From: Octopus bimaculoides
Lineage: Eukaryota
Assembly (NCBI RefSeq): GCF_001194135.2
Contig: NC_068993.1
Location: 40,604,342-40,668,341 of the forward strand
Length of the DNA: 64,000 nucleotides
Direction: 5' to 3'
Position numbers and translations under genes: made by a program. The notes below the pieces were generated by a model. It ran no database searches, had not been told where the DNA came from, and saw only the letters and a program-made list of their open reading frames with translations. Positions 36,532 to 50,683 of this stretch are shown here, piece by piece. How positions within the stretch are numbered: position 1 is the stretch's first letter; each line of letters begins with the position of its first letter.

Positions 36532-37754
36532 TATGTGTGTCTGTGTGTATACATGTATGCTCAGACATTCACACATACATCTCTGTGTGTGTGTGTATAC
36601 ACATATATATATACAATTTTATTTGCTGTGCACCCTCCCCCTTGAAATCACAACTTATTTGTTATTTTTCCTTTTATCTGGAAAAACTTGTGAAATAACG
36701 GAAAGACGAAGAAGAAAAGTAAACTCAAAATTTCTTTGCGTGTTTATTTACAACTGGAATTATAGTTTGTTTACTTTAAAACATTACTTAATGTTTTTGC
36801 AGTCACTTAACCAGAATATATTAAAAGTCCTCCATTATTACTGCTGAACTGGGAATAAATTTTTAACTGTTTGCGATTGTTTGTTCTTGTTGTTTTTCTC
36901 TTCTTTTCCTTATTCGGTTTTATGAAATCTTTCAATTGTTTGTCATAATATTTGATTCATAAAACCGTCATTTTTAACTTTCATTGTCGTTGACAAAGTG
37001 AGGTAATTGTGCTTCACAACTTTTTTTGGACCTGAATGAGTATATGTGTTGTTCAAAGTATTAAAAATATAAAATAGTCAGAGATTTGTATAATACCGAA
37101 AGTCTTCAACTGCTGTTTCTCTACATCTTTTATTACTTGACAGTGAATTGACAGAAAAGTTAGAAATACCTTGTGGTTCTAGTTTTTATTCTAGCTCTTA
37201 ACATTCTGAGTTCATATCTTGTTGGGTTCAGCTTTGTTTTTTTTTGTTTTTTTTTTCATCTTTCCAGGGTTGATAAATAAAGAACTTCTCCATTTAGAGC
37301 ATGAATGCCTCCTGCCTACTTATTTGAATGTCAGATGAAAGTGTGATCCCATATTTGTTTTGGCTTTATGCACGCTTAAATTCAAATCATACTGCAGGTC
37401 ATCCTTGCCTTTCAACTTTTTGAAGTTGTAAAAATATAGCACCAGTCCAAAGTGGCTGCACAAGTAGGATTGTTGGTGCCTTGTAGTATTTATTCAAGTA
37501 TCTGTTATCCCTACATTTTGAGTCCAAATTTCATTTTGGGGTTCAACAGTCACTCTCCTCCCCCTCCCCCATCTCACCATCATCGTTTTACATTTGCTTT
37601 CTATGTCGACATAGGTTGGCTGGGTCATTTCTGCTCTTATAGAGAGTTGGATTGGGGTGGAGTTGGGGGCACCTCTTGCTAGTTCCATTTTCAGTTTTGT
37701 TTTTATAACTTGATGTCTTTCCAAACATCCAATGTCTTTGACAGTTCTAGAGGC

Positions 37755-38090
37755 ATTGGATCGCAGCCATGATGGGGCACTACTTTGAAAAGTATAGTCA
37801 AAGAAATGACACCCAGGATTTACTGCTATGGGTGATACTTATGCTGTTGATCTAGTTTGTAGAGGCATAAATGAAATAACATGTTGTCAAGTAGTGGTGA
37901 GAGCCAAGACAAAGACATACAAACATAGATATATATATCAGCTTCTTTCAATTTCCATCTGCCAAATCCATTCACAAGGTTTTAATTGGCTCAGACACTA
38001 TAATAGAAGAAATATGCCTAAGGTGTCTTACAGTGGGACTGAACCCAGAACTATGGCTGGGAAGGAAGCATATTATCACACAGTCATGCC
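37755..38090 (-). mobile_element. SINE family A (diverged)
   Basis: GCTTCTTTCAATTTCCATCTGCCAAATCC...AGTGGGACTGAACCCAG. Confidence 0.7.
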
Positions 38091-38289
38091 TTGAAGCTCT
38101 GATGAAGCTATCTACTGGCAGAAACAGCTGTAAGCTACTGAAGTTCATTACATAAATTCTCATTCATTTGTTCACTTGCTATTTATTTCATTTTTTATTA
38201 CACTCTGTACTTGAATAATGCTTTTTTTTTTTCTGAAGCATATCCATAATGAGTTCTTATACCAGGTTATTAGTTTTGCTACGTCTAAG

Positions 38290-38335
<46 letters not shown>

Positions 38336-39000
38336 TTAGATATATATATATATATATTTGCATTTGTAATCCATTTACAAGATTTCATATCTGAAAGTTC
38401 ATGGCAGCTAAGGAGATAAAATTATATTTCAAGTATTGTTAATGTTCAAATGACAAGCATAGAATTGTTGCAAAAATGCATTCCTTTAGAACTTAACCTC
38501 CCCACCTCCACCCCCTCTCTGTCGTTTTGTTATTTTCGTATTGATTGTTATTGTATTATTGCATTATTTGTTAATTCCATGGAAGATTGTGTACACAAAG
38601 AATAAAAATAAGATTGGAAAATATTTTCCGGAAAACAACTTGTTGTCTTGTTTTGTTGTTTAAATTGCGGTATTGTAATTTTTATCAGGTCATCTGCTGT
38701 ATGTGATTTTTAATATTTCTCTTTATACATTTGACTTCTAATTTTTTTATGATGTGTATAATGTGTGTTTAAGTGTATAAATGTTTGTACACACGCACAC
38801 ACACACACATACACATATATGTGTGTGTGCATGTGTATGTTTGTGCGTATTTTTATATATATATATGTGTGAGTGTGTGTGTTGTGTGTGTCTATGTATG
38901 TTCATAAGTTATACATATTCATATATGTATTTGTATATGCACATGTATATATGTGTGCATATACATATGTATGTTCATTATATATATGTTCATTATACAT

Positions 39001-39063
<63 letters not shown>

Positions 39064-39246
39064 CTTAGATATGATATATACATATTTATATGCTTGAATA
39101 TATGTATATGAATCTGTAAATCTGTATATATAAGTGTGTGTGTATCTATATATATATATACATATATACATACATATCTATGTATGCATGCATGCATGTA
39201 TGTATGTGTATATGTATATATAGAGACACAGAGAGATGTATGTATG

Positions 39247-39288
<42 letters not shown>

Positions 39289-39398
39289 TACATGTATCTG
39301 TTTATGTATGTATATGAAATGCTTATTTCAACTTGCATTTGCATCATGCATATATATGGCTGCATATGTGTGTATGTCTATGCGCATGGGTGTCTGTG

Positions 39399-39443
<45 letters not shown>

Positions 39444-40295
39444 TTGTTATTGTTGTTTCCTCTCATCTCTATCTTTCCCCATCTGCCCACCTTCATTTCA
39501 TGTGTTCGTAGTACATGTCTTAATGTAATATCCAACTCGTACACAGCGTAACATCCACACTTCACACTGACACACTGCGACTTCAACTTTGTTATCGAAG
39601 TGTGATCCTACCACAGAAATATCTCAAGTTTTCCCTTGCTTCGCCATTCTTATGTGGATTAATTTTATTTTTCTTACTACACATATTCATACCTGCCATA
39701 ATCAAAGAAGCATGGTTCTTTATGTTTTGCTGCTGTCAATATTCCTTGATGATAGCAGCTAATGTATTCTGCTATATTCCATGACAATCACCGTACATGA
39801 TATTATTAATCTAGCTATTAATGTAGGATTTAATCTTAATGTAGGGAGAGGAGTTAATCTGGTTTACTTAACAATATTAACATATGTTAATGTGGGAAGT
39901 GGTTGGAATTAAATGTATTTGTTACTGATTCAGAAGCTGTTTGTGATGTTATTATAGTTATATTCTCTCGTATTAAACATTGCATACTGAAAACTAAAAA
40001 CCTTCTGCCTTATCAACGAACAAATATAATTTACTTGTTTTACATATAAGTACAGACACAGTTATATGGTTATGTTGTTTTTTGTTGTTTTTATAACAAT
40101 TTTAGTAACAATTATGTGGTATTAGGTTCAATCCTCACTGTAGAAACACCTTCAGTAAGTTATTTTTCGGTAACATACTCAGATTAACTGCTGCTTTTAC
40201 AAGAAAAATTTGATATTTGAAAACTACTTGGAAGCCAAACGTATGAATATATGTAAACATACATGCATGCTAGTAGTTGGAGGGTGGGGGGTGTA

Positions 40296-40521
40296 TACTC
40301 TCTTTTACTTGTTTCAGGCATTTCACTATGGCCATGCTGGAGCATCACTTTGAAAGATTTTAGTCGAACAAATCAACCCCCAGGACTTATTTCTTAAGCC
40401 TAGTACTTATTCTATTGGTCTCTTTTGCCAAACTGCTAAGTCCTGGGGATGTAAACACACCAACACCGGTTGTCAAGCAGTGATGGGAGACAAACACAGA
40501 CACAAAAATACACACATTCAC

Positions 40522-40565
<44 letters not shown>

Positions 40566-41300
40566 NNNNNNNNNNNNNNNNNNNNNNNNNNNNNNNNNNN
40601 NNNNNNNNNNNNNNNNNNNNNNNNNNNNNNNNNNNNNNNNNNNNNNNNNNNNNNNNNNNNNNNNNNNNNNNNNNNNNNNNNNNNNNNNNNNNNNNNNNNN
40701 NNNNNNNNNNNNNNNNNNNNNNNNNNNNNNNNNNNNNNNNNNNNNNNNNNNNNNNNNNNNNNNNNNNNNNNNNNNNNNNNNNNNNNNNNNNNNNNNNNNN
40801 NNNNNNNNNNNNNNNNNNNNNNNNNNNNNNNNNNNNNNNNNNNNNNNNNNNNNNNNNNNNNNNNNNNNNNNNNNNNNNNNNNNNNNNNNNNNNNNNNNNN
40901 NNNNNNNNNNNNNNNNNNNNNNNNNNNNNNNNNNNNNNNNNNNNNNNNNNNNNNNNNNNNNNNNNNNNNNNNNNNNNNNNNNNNNNNNNNNNNNNNNNNN
41001 NNNNNNNNNNNNNNNNNNNNNNNNNNNNNNNNNNNNNNNNNNNNNNNNNNNNNNNNNNNNNNNNNNNNNNNNNNNNNNNNNNNNNNNNNNNNNNNNNNNN
41101 NNNNNNNNNNNNNNNNNATATATATATATATAAATATATACGACAGGCTTCTTTCAGTTTCCGTCTACCAAATCCACTCACAAGGCTTTGGTCGGCCCGA
41201 GGCTATAGTAGAAGACACTTGCCCAAGGTGCCACGCAGTGGGACTGAACCCGGAACCATGTGGTTGATAAGCAAGCTACTTACCACACAGCCACTCCTAT
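40296..41300 (-). mobile_element. SINE family A spanning an assembly gap in its internal (TA)n
   Basis: Tail TACTCTCTTTTACTTGTTTCAG at 40296; head ...ACCACACAGCCACTCCTAT at 41300; N-run 40566-41117 inside. Confidence 0.85.
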
Positions 41301-42275
41301 TATTGCAATTAATTAATAAATGAATGTTTACAGGCTGATGTTTGTCAATTGGTTATCCTCTCCATTTTCTTAATTGCCTTTGAGTGGTTGGCGTTAGGAA
41401 GGGCATCCAGCTGTAGAAACTCTGCCAAATCAGACTGGAGCCTGGTGTTGCCATCCGGTTTCACCAGGCTTCTTTCAGTTTCTGCCTTATAGCACATCAT
41501 CATAATCATTTAACATCCGCTTTCCATGCTGGCATGAGTTGGAATGTTAATATTAATAGCAATATGATGATGTAGTAGTAGTAGTGTGTATGTTTTGCTC
41601 TGTGTGTCTTTGCATTGCATTGTTTGGCAGAGAGCTTAGTGATATGTTTTTGTATTATACATAAAAAGAATATGTCCTGCAGCTTCTATAGTTTCATGTG
41701 CAAAGAATTGTGGGATACCTTACTAGGAAAAACAAGTAAGGGTTAGCAGGTGGAATGGCATCCTGCCACAAAATACTGTCTCAAAATAACTCTCATCCAG
41801 CTTCTCATTCCTGCATGGTAAAAAGCAGACATAGGAAAGGATGATGGTGGTAACGAAGATCGTGCCGATGATGATGATGATTAAGCTTTGTATTTATAAA
41901 TATTTAATGTGTGGTAATTATGATATGTGTTGTTAGAATTTTGTCTGAGTGAACTCTTAGTAACCTGATATGCACCCAAAATATTCAGCAATGCTATAAA
42001 TTAAATTTCATGCACTGAATTACCAAACAGTAATTGGAGTAAATGTTAGGATATTAGAAGAGATGCCTCATGGTGTTTGTTATAACTCTTTGTGTTCTGA
42101 GTTCAAATCCCAGCATGGCCTACTTGGATGGTAGACTTAATCTGTTTGTTGCTCAGTTGAATATCACCATCTGACAAAGAATCTACTCTTTCATGCATAT
42201 AAGCCATATCTCCAGTTTGAGGATGCAATTATCTCTCCTTCCTTCCCTCCTATCAGTCTTGCAGGCTCTATAGAG

Positions 42276-42350
42276 CAGGAGTCCCCAACCAGTGGGTTCC
42301 TGGTCAGTATTGGGCCTCGGATTATTTGGTATCAGGCCACACAGAAAAAA
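42276..42350. mobile_element. hAT (Charlie-like) terminal fragment
   Basis: CAGGAGTCCCCAACC resembles CAGGGGTCCCCAAC hAT termini; partner end not found. Confidence 0.4.
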
Positions 42351-42589
42351 TAAATTTTAAAAGTGTATTTCTAATTTATTAACTGTCACAGTTTGTGGAA
42401 TGTTTTTGCATTATATATGTATTATGTCTGTAATAATTAAATTCACCCTGACTATCTTTTTATCTCACCTTCCTCTCCTCTCTTTTCCTACTGGGGTAGC
42501 CAAGTATTTCCTCTATAGTAGGACACCTATCTCTATCCCTCTATTATACTTTAGCCTCTCGCATCGCACAAAGCCACTTCCCATAAACC

Positions 42590-42840
42590 CACTCCCTCCT
42601 CCCAGCCGAGAGGTCTTTGTCTTGCAAGTTACTTGGCAACCCAGCTGGTGTTGGTGCTAGATGAAAAGCACTCAGTCCAGTCTGTAGAGCGGTTGGCGTT
42701 AGGAAGGGTATCCAGCTGTACAAACCATACCAAAGCAGACAACGGAGCCTGTTGCCGCTCTCTGGCTTGCCAGCTCCAGTTAAACCATCTGACCCATGCC
42801 ATCATGGAAGACTGATGTTAAATGATAATGATGATACTCT
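42590..42840 (+). mobile_element. RTE-type 3' tail element
   Basis: GGTTGGCGTTAGGAAGGGTATCCAGCTGTA...GACCCATGCCATCATGGAAGACTGATGTTAAATGATAATGATGAT. Confidence 0.75.
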
Positions 42841-43071
42841 TTATTGTGTTTTGTTATGTGCATGATTCCCTGGTCTGGAGGAAAATTGTGTTGCATCAAA
42901 CTGAACTGGTCTGTGGTGCAGAAAAAAACTGCTGCTCTAAAGAGTTGTGAGCTTCTAAATAAAAACAATTGTTTAGCCCAAGTCATTTCATCATCAACAA
43001 ATCTATAAGAATGAAGAGCTTGATTTAAGGAGGATTTGGCTGTTATTTTTAACTGGTTATTACTAAAGTGG

Positions 43072-43280
43072 TTAACACTTTTGATACCAGCTTATTAGAG
43101 GCGGCCCACAGTTCATTGATGTCAACTTCACATTTTTATAGTCATAAAATGTCATGGTAATTTATATTCCAATCACTAGCTTAATAGTGGTGAAGTTATT
43201 TTGCTAGATTCATTATTGTTGAAATTAGTTGATACAAAAGGCAATGTATTTCAACATAAATAGAGTAACAAAAGGGTTAA
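43072..43280. mobile_element. piggyBac-like MITE (second family)
   Basis: TTAA 43072-75 and 43277-80; imperfect TIRs CACTTTTGATAC / GTAACAAAAGGG. Confidence 0.6.
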
Positions 43281-44597
43281 ATTGGAAACCCAACATAGAA
43301 TTTGGATAGAGTGCAGAAATTGATGATAAAGTTATAACTGTATATTACAAAAGTGTGCATGTGAGTGTGTGTGCTTGAACTAAGGGGAGGTTAGCAATTA
43401 TAACTTTGATCAAACTGATATCTAACCACTGTTGTTCCAACAAGTCTTTTTTCTGTTCTTTATTTTCATCTTTTCTCTCATTATGTTTCCCTTGTTATAC
43501 CAACTGTGAACTGAGCGTGGGGTATAACAATTGTTATAGGAATGTCATTTAATGATATGTGGCTGTTTGTTTATTTTATTACACCTGAATCACATTGTTA
43601 TAGATCCCACTATGATATGCTATAGCAGCCCTACTCTCCCCTTCCTACTCCTTAACTTTTCATATCAATTAGATTATTAGCATAGTTGGTGTTTAGCGTA
43701 AACACTTGATTTCAGTGGAAACTCTGATTCAAAAGCCAAAATTATTTGACAGAGGTCAAAATTATATAGCCCACATTTGTTTCTTGCCTTCTTTTTTTTT
43801 TATTATACATGCATTATTTCAACTCAAAGCAATTCCATGTTTAGATATTTCATAATTTCTTGAATAGAAAATAATTTTATAATTTTATTTCTGTAAAACT
43901 TGCTTAAAATTACTGAAAAATAAATCATGTTAGCAAATAAAAAGGAAAGAAAGGAGAGTAAAAGAGTAATGGGGATGTATGTAATGTGTGTGTGGTGGGG
44001 TTTAGTGTATTTGTGTGTTGTACATGCATAAGTGGATATCTGTGCAAATGTGTGTGCACCTGTATAACAAAGACAGAAAACTGTTTTGCCTGAGAGGAGA
44101 GTTGTTATCATGCAGTGTTATACGTGATGACAATGTTGATTGTGTCAGCTTATATTGTCGTGGTGATGGCTTTTCTATGCCATATCTAAAAGGCTTCATA
44201 ACCAATACACCCATATTTTTTGTTTTTTGTTTTTTTTCATTATTTTCTTTGTGTGTGTGTGTGTGTTTGTGTCTTTAACAAAACAAAAAAAAATTGCAAA
44301 AAGTAACAACTATATAGAAGGTATACACAAAAAAGTGTGTGTGAATGAAAGACAAAGAGAGGAGGAGAGAGTGTGAAATCTCAATGTGATGCATCGTAGT
44401 GAATTTTACCTGGAGATATAATGTGTGGCAGTGGTGGGGCAGGTGGTAGAGCGAATGGAAGAGCAAAAATGTGCAAAGCAAAAAAGAGACAAGGCGTCAG
44501 ATGTAGACAATGAAATTAAAAAGCTTGGCATTTTCTCCTGTGTTATTATTTAAGCATCGTGTTGCCATTAATGCAGCTTCCTAGTCCACCTTAACTG

Positions 44598-44633
<36 letters not shown>

Positions 44634-46659
44634 GCACACACACACACATACTTGTACACGCATTCACTCACTCACACACTTATTCATACACTCACTTGTG
44701 CATACACGTCCATGCGCACTCACTTGCATTACACACACACGCATGCACACTCATGTCCACACTCGCTTGCACATGCACACCTTTATTGATGAAACGTTCT
44801 TTTATTGGCGAGAAGCAGCAGCCTTTTTATCTGAGTGATTTTAATGTAAAATTTACTATTGTGGCATTTTCACACAAAAGGAAGCAAGGGTTCCATTTTT
44901 TTTATTGTGTGTGTGTGTGTCATTATCACAGTCATCATCATCATCATCATCATGACCGTCATCACCCTCAACATCATCTAAATCATCATCATCACCATCA
45001 TCAATATCATCGCCATCATCGTCCTACTCTTAACATCATTTCTGTCATTGTTGCCACTATGCCTTGTCATTGTTGCTTTTGTCATTGCCCTTATTATTAT
45101 TATTATTATTATTGTTATTATTATTATTATTCTATATTTTTATATTTCAATTTATTAATTTATTTGTTCTTCATTTATTATCTAATAATATATTGCCTGA
45201 ATTTCCAATTGGAATCGCCTGATAGAAAAAGACAAAAAAAAAAAATAAGAAAGAAAGAAAAAAAGAGAGAAATAAGTCGAGAGAAAAGAAAATTATGTTA
45301 CCCACCCTCTCTCCTTGAGTCTCTGTTTTTCCTGTGTAAAATTATTATCATGTTCAGTCCTAATTATTGAGTTGAGAGCAGTATTAGGAGGGAAGAGAGA
45401 ATTTTATATATATATATATATATATATATGATGATGATGATATATATGTATGTATGTATATCGTGATATTTGGGGAAATTATAGGTTTCAAACCCATTGT
45501 TGTTTTTGTATGTTATAAAGATATATGTTAAGTTTTTTTTTTTTTTAATTATTTTAAAAATTTTCCTTATCTTTTTTTTTTTAATTTAATTTTATTTTTC
45601 CTTCTTCTCCTTTTGTTCTTTAATTTTGGGAAAGTTTTTAGTTTGAGATTTTTTTTATTTTCATAAATAGCAATCGATTGTATACAATGATAGTTATTCA
45701 CAATATATCACTTTTCCTAATATGGAAAAGTCTTTTATTTTAATTTTTTTTTTAATTTAAAGTGTTTTTTTTTGTCTGTTTTGTTTCATTTTCAATGCGA
45801 GTGTGTAAAAATGTGTGTATTNNNNNNNNNNNNNNNNNNNNNNNNNNNNNNNNNNNNNNNNNNNNNNNNNNNNNNNNNNNNNNNNNNNNNNNNNNNNNNN
45901 NNNNNNNNNNNNNNNNNNNNNNNNNNNNNNNNNNNNNNNNNNNNNNNNNNNNNNNNNNNNNNNNNNNNNNNNNNNNNNNNNNNNNNNNNNNNNNNNNNNN
46001 NNNNNNNNNNNNNNNNNNNNNNNNNNNNNNNTTCTGCTTCGCTTACATGTGCAATCTATAGATCTATGGAAAGTCTTTGTATTAAACATTCCAAACAGAA
46101 TTTTACAAAAGAAGAAAATGGAAAATGAGACATTAAGCTAGACTTTTAAAACAACATCTTCACTTCATTTTAAAACCCTGCTTTTTTTTTTTTTTTTTTT
46201 TCTGAGGCTGGTTATGGGTGTGGGGTACAGGGTTTTGGTATATTTAGCCCTCATTGTAAGGCAGCAGGTCTACAGTTGAGTTTAATTCTTTATTTGTTTC
46301 TACCGAAATTTCACATTTAAAATATGTTTAATTTCCCTTCATTATCTTCCTTATTTATTGAGTCATCTATCATTTTCTCAATTGATTTATCTCTTTATCT
46401 CTCCATCTATGTATGTATCTCTCTATCTATTTATCTATCTTTCTATCTATATCTGCCTGTCTGTCTGTGTATCTATCTATTTATATATCTGCCTGTCTCT
46501 TCGCTCATCCATCTCTCTCTCTCCCTCCCCCTTCTGCCCTATGTATATATCCATCAAAGTATTTTTCATATATCTATGTAACTCTCCATTTTTCTTTTTT
46601 ATTTATCTGTCTGCCTGTCTGTCTATCCATCTGTCTATATATCTATTTATTTATATATC

Positions 46660-46765
<106 letters not shown>

Positions 46766-47263
46766 TAGATATACGCTATTCAACTACCCAGCTCTGCCTG
46801 TCTGTGTGTTTATTTGTCTGTCTACCCACACATATATGTGCACATGTACACACATACCATTATCATCTCATTTGATATCTGCTTTCCTTGTTAAGATGGG
46901 CGGTCACTGTCTAGAGAGAGTGAGAGAGAGAGAAATGGCATCCATCAGTCTTGCAGATTACAGAGGGTTTCTCTGGAAAAAGATGAATGCAGACTTCTGA
47001 AATGACTTCGAAGTCAGATTATTTGCATCCTCTAGGTATAGTTTATTTCTTAAATCCTGGCACCTATTTCACTGGTAAGTGTGCGTATGGATGCAACCCC
47101 ACTTCCCATATATATATATATATCTTTTAAATTTGTTTACAGGAAACATTTTGGATTTATAGATAAAGCCTCTGTTCCATTATGCTGGCTATAGTCTAAT
47201 GATGCTGATTGGTGCACCATTTTTTGGAGTTACACCAAGTTGTACCGATATAATGCAGGATAG

Positions 47264-47710
47264 ATATAATAATAACAACAATAATCCTTGAATGGAATTT
47301 ATAAATACTTTAATGCATCACTATGTGTGTTTCCACAAATCACATATCTCTTAAGATCACAGTCCATATTCCTGGGATGATTACATAGTCCATAGTATCT
47401 GTGGTCATCAGGTAGATCATCTTCGTGGATTCATTTCTTCAGTTAATATAACAGTAATGGATGTTCAACAGAGGTTTGATTATTCCTTGAGGTATGTGAC
47501 TGAGGTGTCCATTAATGCTATTTATTGCCTGAAGAAATGAATCCATGAAGATGATCTACCTGATACCCACTGATACTACGAACTATACTGTAATCATCCT
47601 GGGAATATGGATTGTGATCTGAAGACATGTGATTTGTGGAAATGTATGGAGCAGTGCATTGAAATATTTATAAATTCCATCCAAGGTTTATTGTTATTAT
47701 TACTATATAT
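47264..47710. repeat. Long inverted repeat / foldback element (~180-bp arms)
   Basis: Inner arms 47407-47442 and 47529-47564 are reverse complements with one mismatch; homology continues outward to the (TA)-rich ends. Confidence 0.9.
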
Positions 47711-48724
47711 ACATATATATGAGTGTGTGTATGTGTGTGGTTCAATTAGCTCTATAATCTCACTTTTGTCTTGTTTTATATTCACTTAATTTTCTACACG
47801 TGTGTTGTCTTTAAAACTGTAAACAGAAGCAGAACTCCTCTTGTACACTCTTACATGTACACACACACACACACACACACTGCCAGACAGACAAGGTGTG
47901 TAAGTTTGTGGAAAATAAATATTCACATTATAGGAAAAGCTGTCTTCACCTTCAACCAGCTGTCTAAATGTGTTTGGAAAATCAAAATCATTTGCTGTCA
48001 AACAAAAATAAATAAAGGTTTATGTGGCTTGCATCATGTGTGTCCTTCTGTACAGCACCTGTATCCTAGACATGCAATTTTGAGGGCTTAACTTGGAAGG
48101 TCTACTTCTACAAGTATCAGGTGCTGTTATTAATAAACATATTGGGTACATAAATATATATATATGCATATAGTCTTAGACACTTGTTATTTATATTGAG
48201 CAGAAGAAGTCTTGGGAATATAAAACAAGTAATTACTTCAATATGCTCCTGTTTGGAGAAGTGCCATGTGGTTTTGAGATGTTCTGAAGAACAACCTGCA
48301 GACTTATGTACATGGAATATAAAATGGTCACCTGCAAAGAAATTATGATCGTAAATGCGGTTTTTGTGTTGTTTTTTTAATGACATGTAATCGTCCCATA
48401 TACAAATCTGAAGGAAAGTGTGTGAAAGAAGTTACCTATCCACTGCTACCACCATCACCACCACTTCTATAAAATCTATTCATTAGGTTTTGGTTGAAGA
48501 TACTTGCCCAAGTTGCTACACAGTTGGCCTGACTCTAAAGCCAGGTGGTTGAGAAGCAAACTTATAAAAGACATAGCGATATCTGCATAAATATTGTCTG
48601 AAGTCAACTTTGTCTTTCATATATAGAATACTGGACTTGGCTCTATAATTCAAATAAGTATGAAGTAGATGCAGACCTGCCTGGAACTATCATAATATGG
48701 AATTAACAGACATTTTCTTTTTTA

Positions 48725-48905
48725 TATACTTGTTTCAGTCTTTTGGCTGCGGCCATACTGGAGCATCACCTTGAAGGGTTTTGGTCATACAGATTGACCT
48801 CAAGGCTTACTTAAGTCTTGTACTTATTCTGTCGGTGTCTCTTGTTGAACCACTAAGTTACAGGGATGTAAACACACCAACACCAGTTGTCAAGTGGTGA
48901 TGAGG
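48725..48905 (-). mobile_element. SINE family A 3' half
   Basis: ACTTGTTTCAGTC...CCATACTGGAGCA...GTAAACACACCAACACCAGTTGTCAAG. Confidence 0.75.
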
Positions 48906-50683
48906 AGGGAGGGAGATAAATACACACACATATATATATATACATACATACAGATATATATATATATATATAATTATTAATTTTTCTATATGTGATAGTG
49001 GATTTTCATCGATGAGTTCTTGAAAATTGGTTATTTTCCCTAAAACTATATATTTTATATATACTTTATCTATAAGGCTCAATTTAATTTTAATTTTTTA
49101 TAAATTGATTTTAATTGAGTTTTTTACCTGTAATTTTGGATTTTGTCCCTAATATTATTATTATTATTATATATATATATATCCAATGGTTTTGTCTACC
49201 AAATCTATATATATATATTTATACACACATGCACATCTTTCTTTTTCTCTCCCACTCTATATATGTGCATGTGTGTAAGGTGAGGATTTCAATTCACGTG
49301 TGCACACACACACATACATGTGTGTATATCCATACAAACATGTGTGTGTGTATTTATTTATGTGTACATATATGAATCTAAGGTGTAATTTGAAAATGCT
49401 TTGTTAGATTCATGGTGCAGCGTATTATGTGCCCTTCCCACTTCTACCCTGAAATGCCACAGAATTAATTTCTACTAAAAAAATAAATAAATAAAACACC
49501 CAGAAATCAGTATATCATAGAATGCAACTGTCGTTCAGTATAGACATATGTGTATATGTATTGATTCCTGTGTTTTACAGACATTCTTCAATGTGCATCA
49601 CTTTGTTTTTTGTTGTTTTTTTTTGTCTTTTCTTTGCACCACTGCCAGCATAGTCTAATTTAAGCACCGTAGTTAACGATCGATCCATTGTCTGCTTATA
49701 TTCATGTTTATGAATTAGGTAGATCAGGTGTGTAGGGTCAAGTTCTTGTGTGTATGTGCTTGTTTGTTAGTGGTGTATATCAAATATTCTTGGCCTGATT
49801 GATTTCTGAGCATCATTTTATTTTTTCTATACATTAATGGTTGATGAATCTTTCTAGTTGGCTTCCTTTACCAAGGCTTTCTTAAATGTTGATCATTGTT
49901 TTAAAATTAACTAATAACCTTTTCATTAGTAGCTTATTCGAATTTCTCTCTTCGTCTTTCTTTGTGTGCATATGTGTGTCTCTCTCTCTCTCTTTGTCTA
50001 TCTCTTTCCTTATCTATATTTCTATCTTTGTAGCTTTCTCTCTCATTCCATGCAAACACACACACATGCATAAATGCACGCACACACACACACACACACA
50101 CNNNNNNNNNNNNNNNNNNNNNNNNNNNNNNNNNNNNNNNNNNNNNNNNNNNNNNNNNNNNNNNNNNNNNNNNNNNNNNNNNNNNNNNNNNNNNNNNNNN
50201 NATATATTTATACATATATATATATATATACATATATATATACATATATATGAAAACTATATATCTGTTTATGATAACAAATATCCCAAGTCCATCTTAT
50301 CTTTATGATGTAGCTTCCCCACTTTCCCTTTTCCTTCTATATATACTTGTATCAGAATTTATAATTTAGAGCTAGTAAAAAAAACAGGGAGAAAACTAGG
50401 ACAGAAAAGGAAATGAAATAATTTGACCAATATTTATAAAATATGCCATATATTTTTGTGTTTGTATGTTTATGAGCATGGAAGAGAGTGAGAATAAATG
50501 ATTTCTTGCATAGATACAAGTTTGCATATTGTTGTTGTGTAGCTTGGTCACCCCTTGATCAAGCAGGAATGTGACAAGAATAGCTAAATGCTCAGTTTAA
50601 CAGCCACCTGATGCTTTTAATTCCTTTAGCAGAAAACTGGATATGTTGGGTGCTAATATGACCACCAGTGATTTGTGTGTTGC

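Noticed and set aside
39660-39800. - strand open frame ending at a GCAG|GTATGA donor
   Set aside because: No polypyrimidine acceptor, an upstream in-frame stop and no homology.
48117-48386. - strand ORF faintly like a Tc1 DDE segment (DHFIFH...EHIEVI)
   Set aside because: Catalytic residues and the SPDLNPIE motif are absent.
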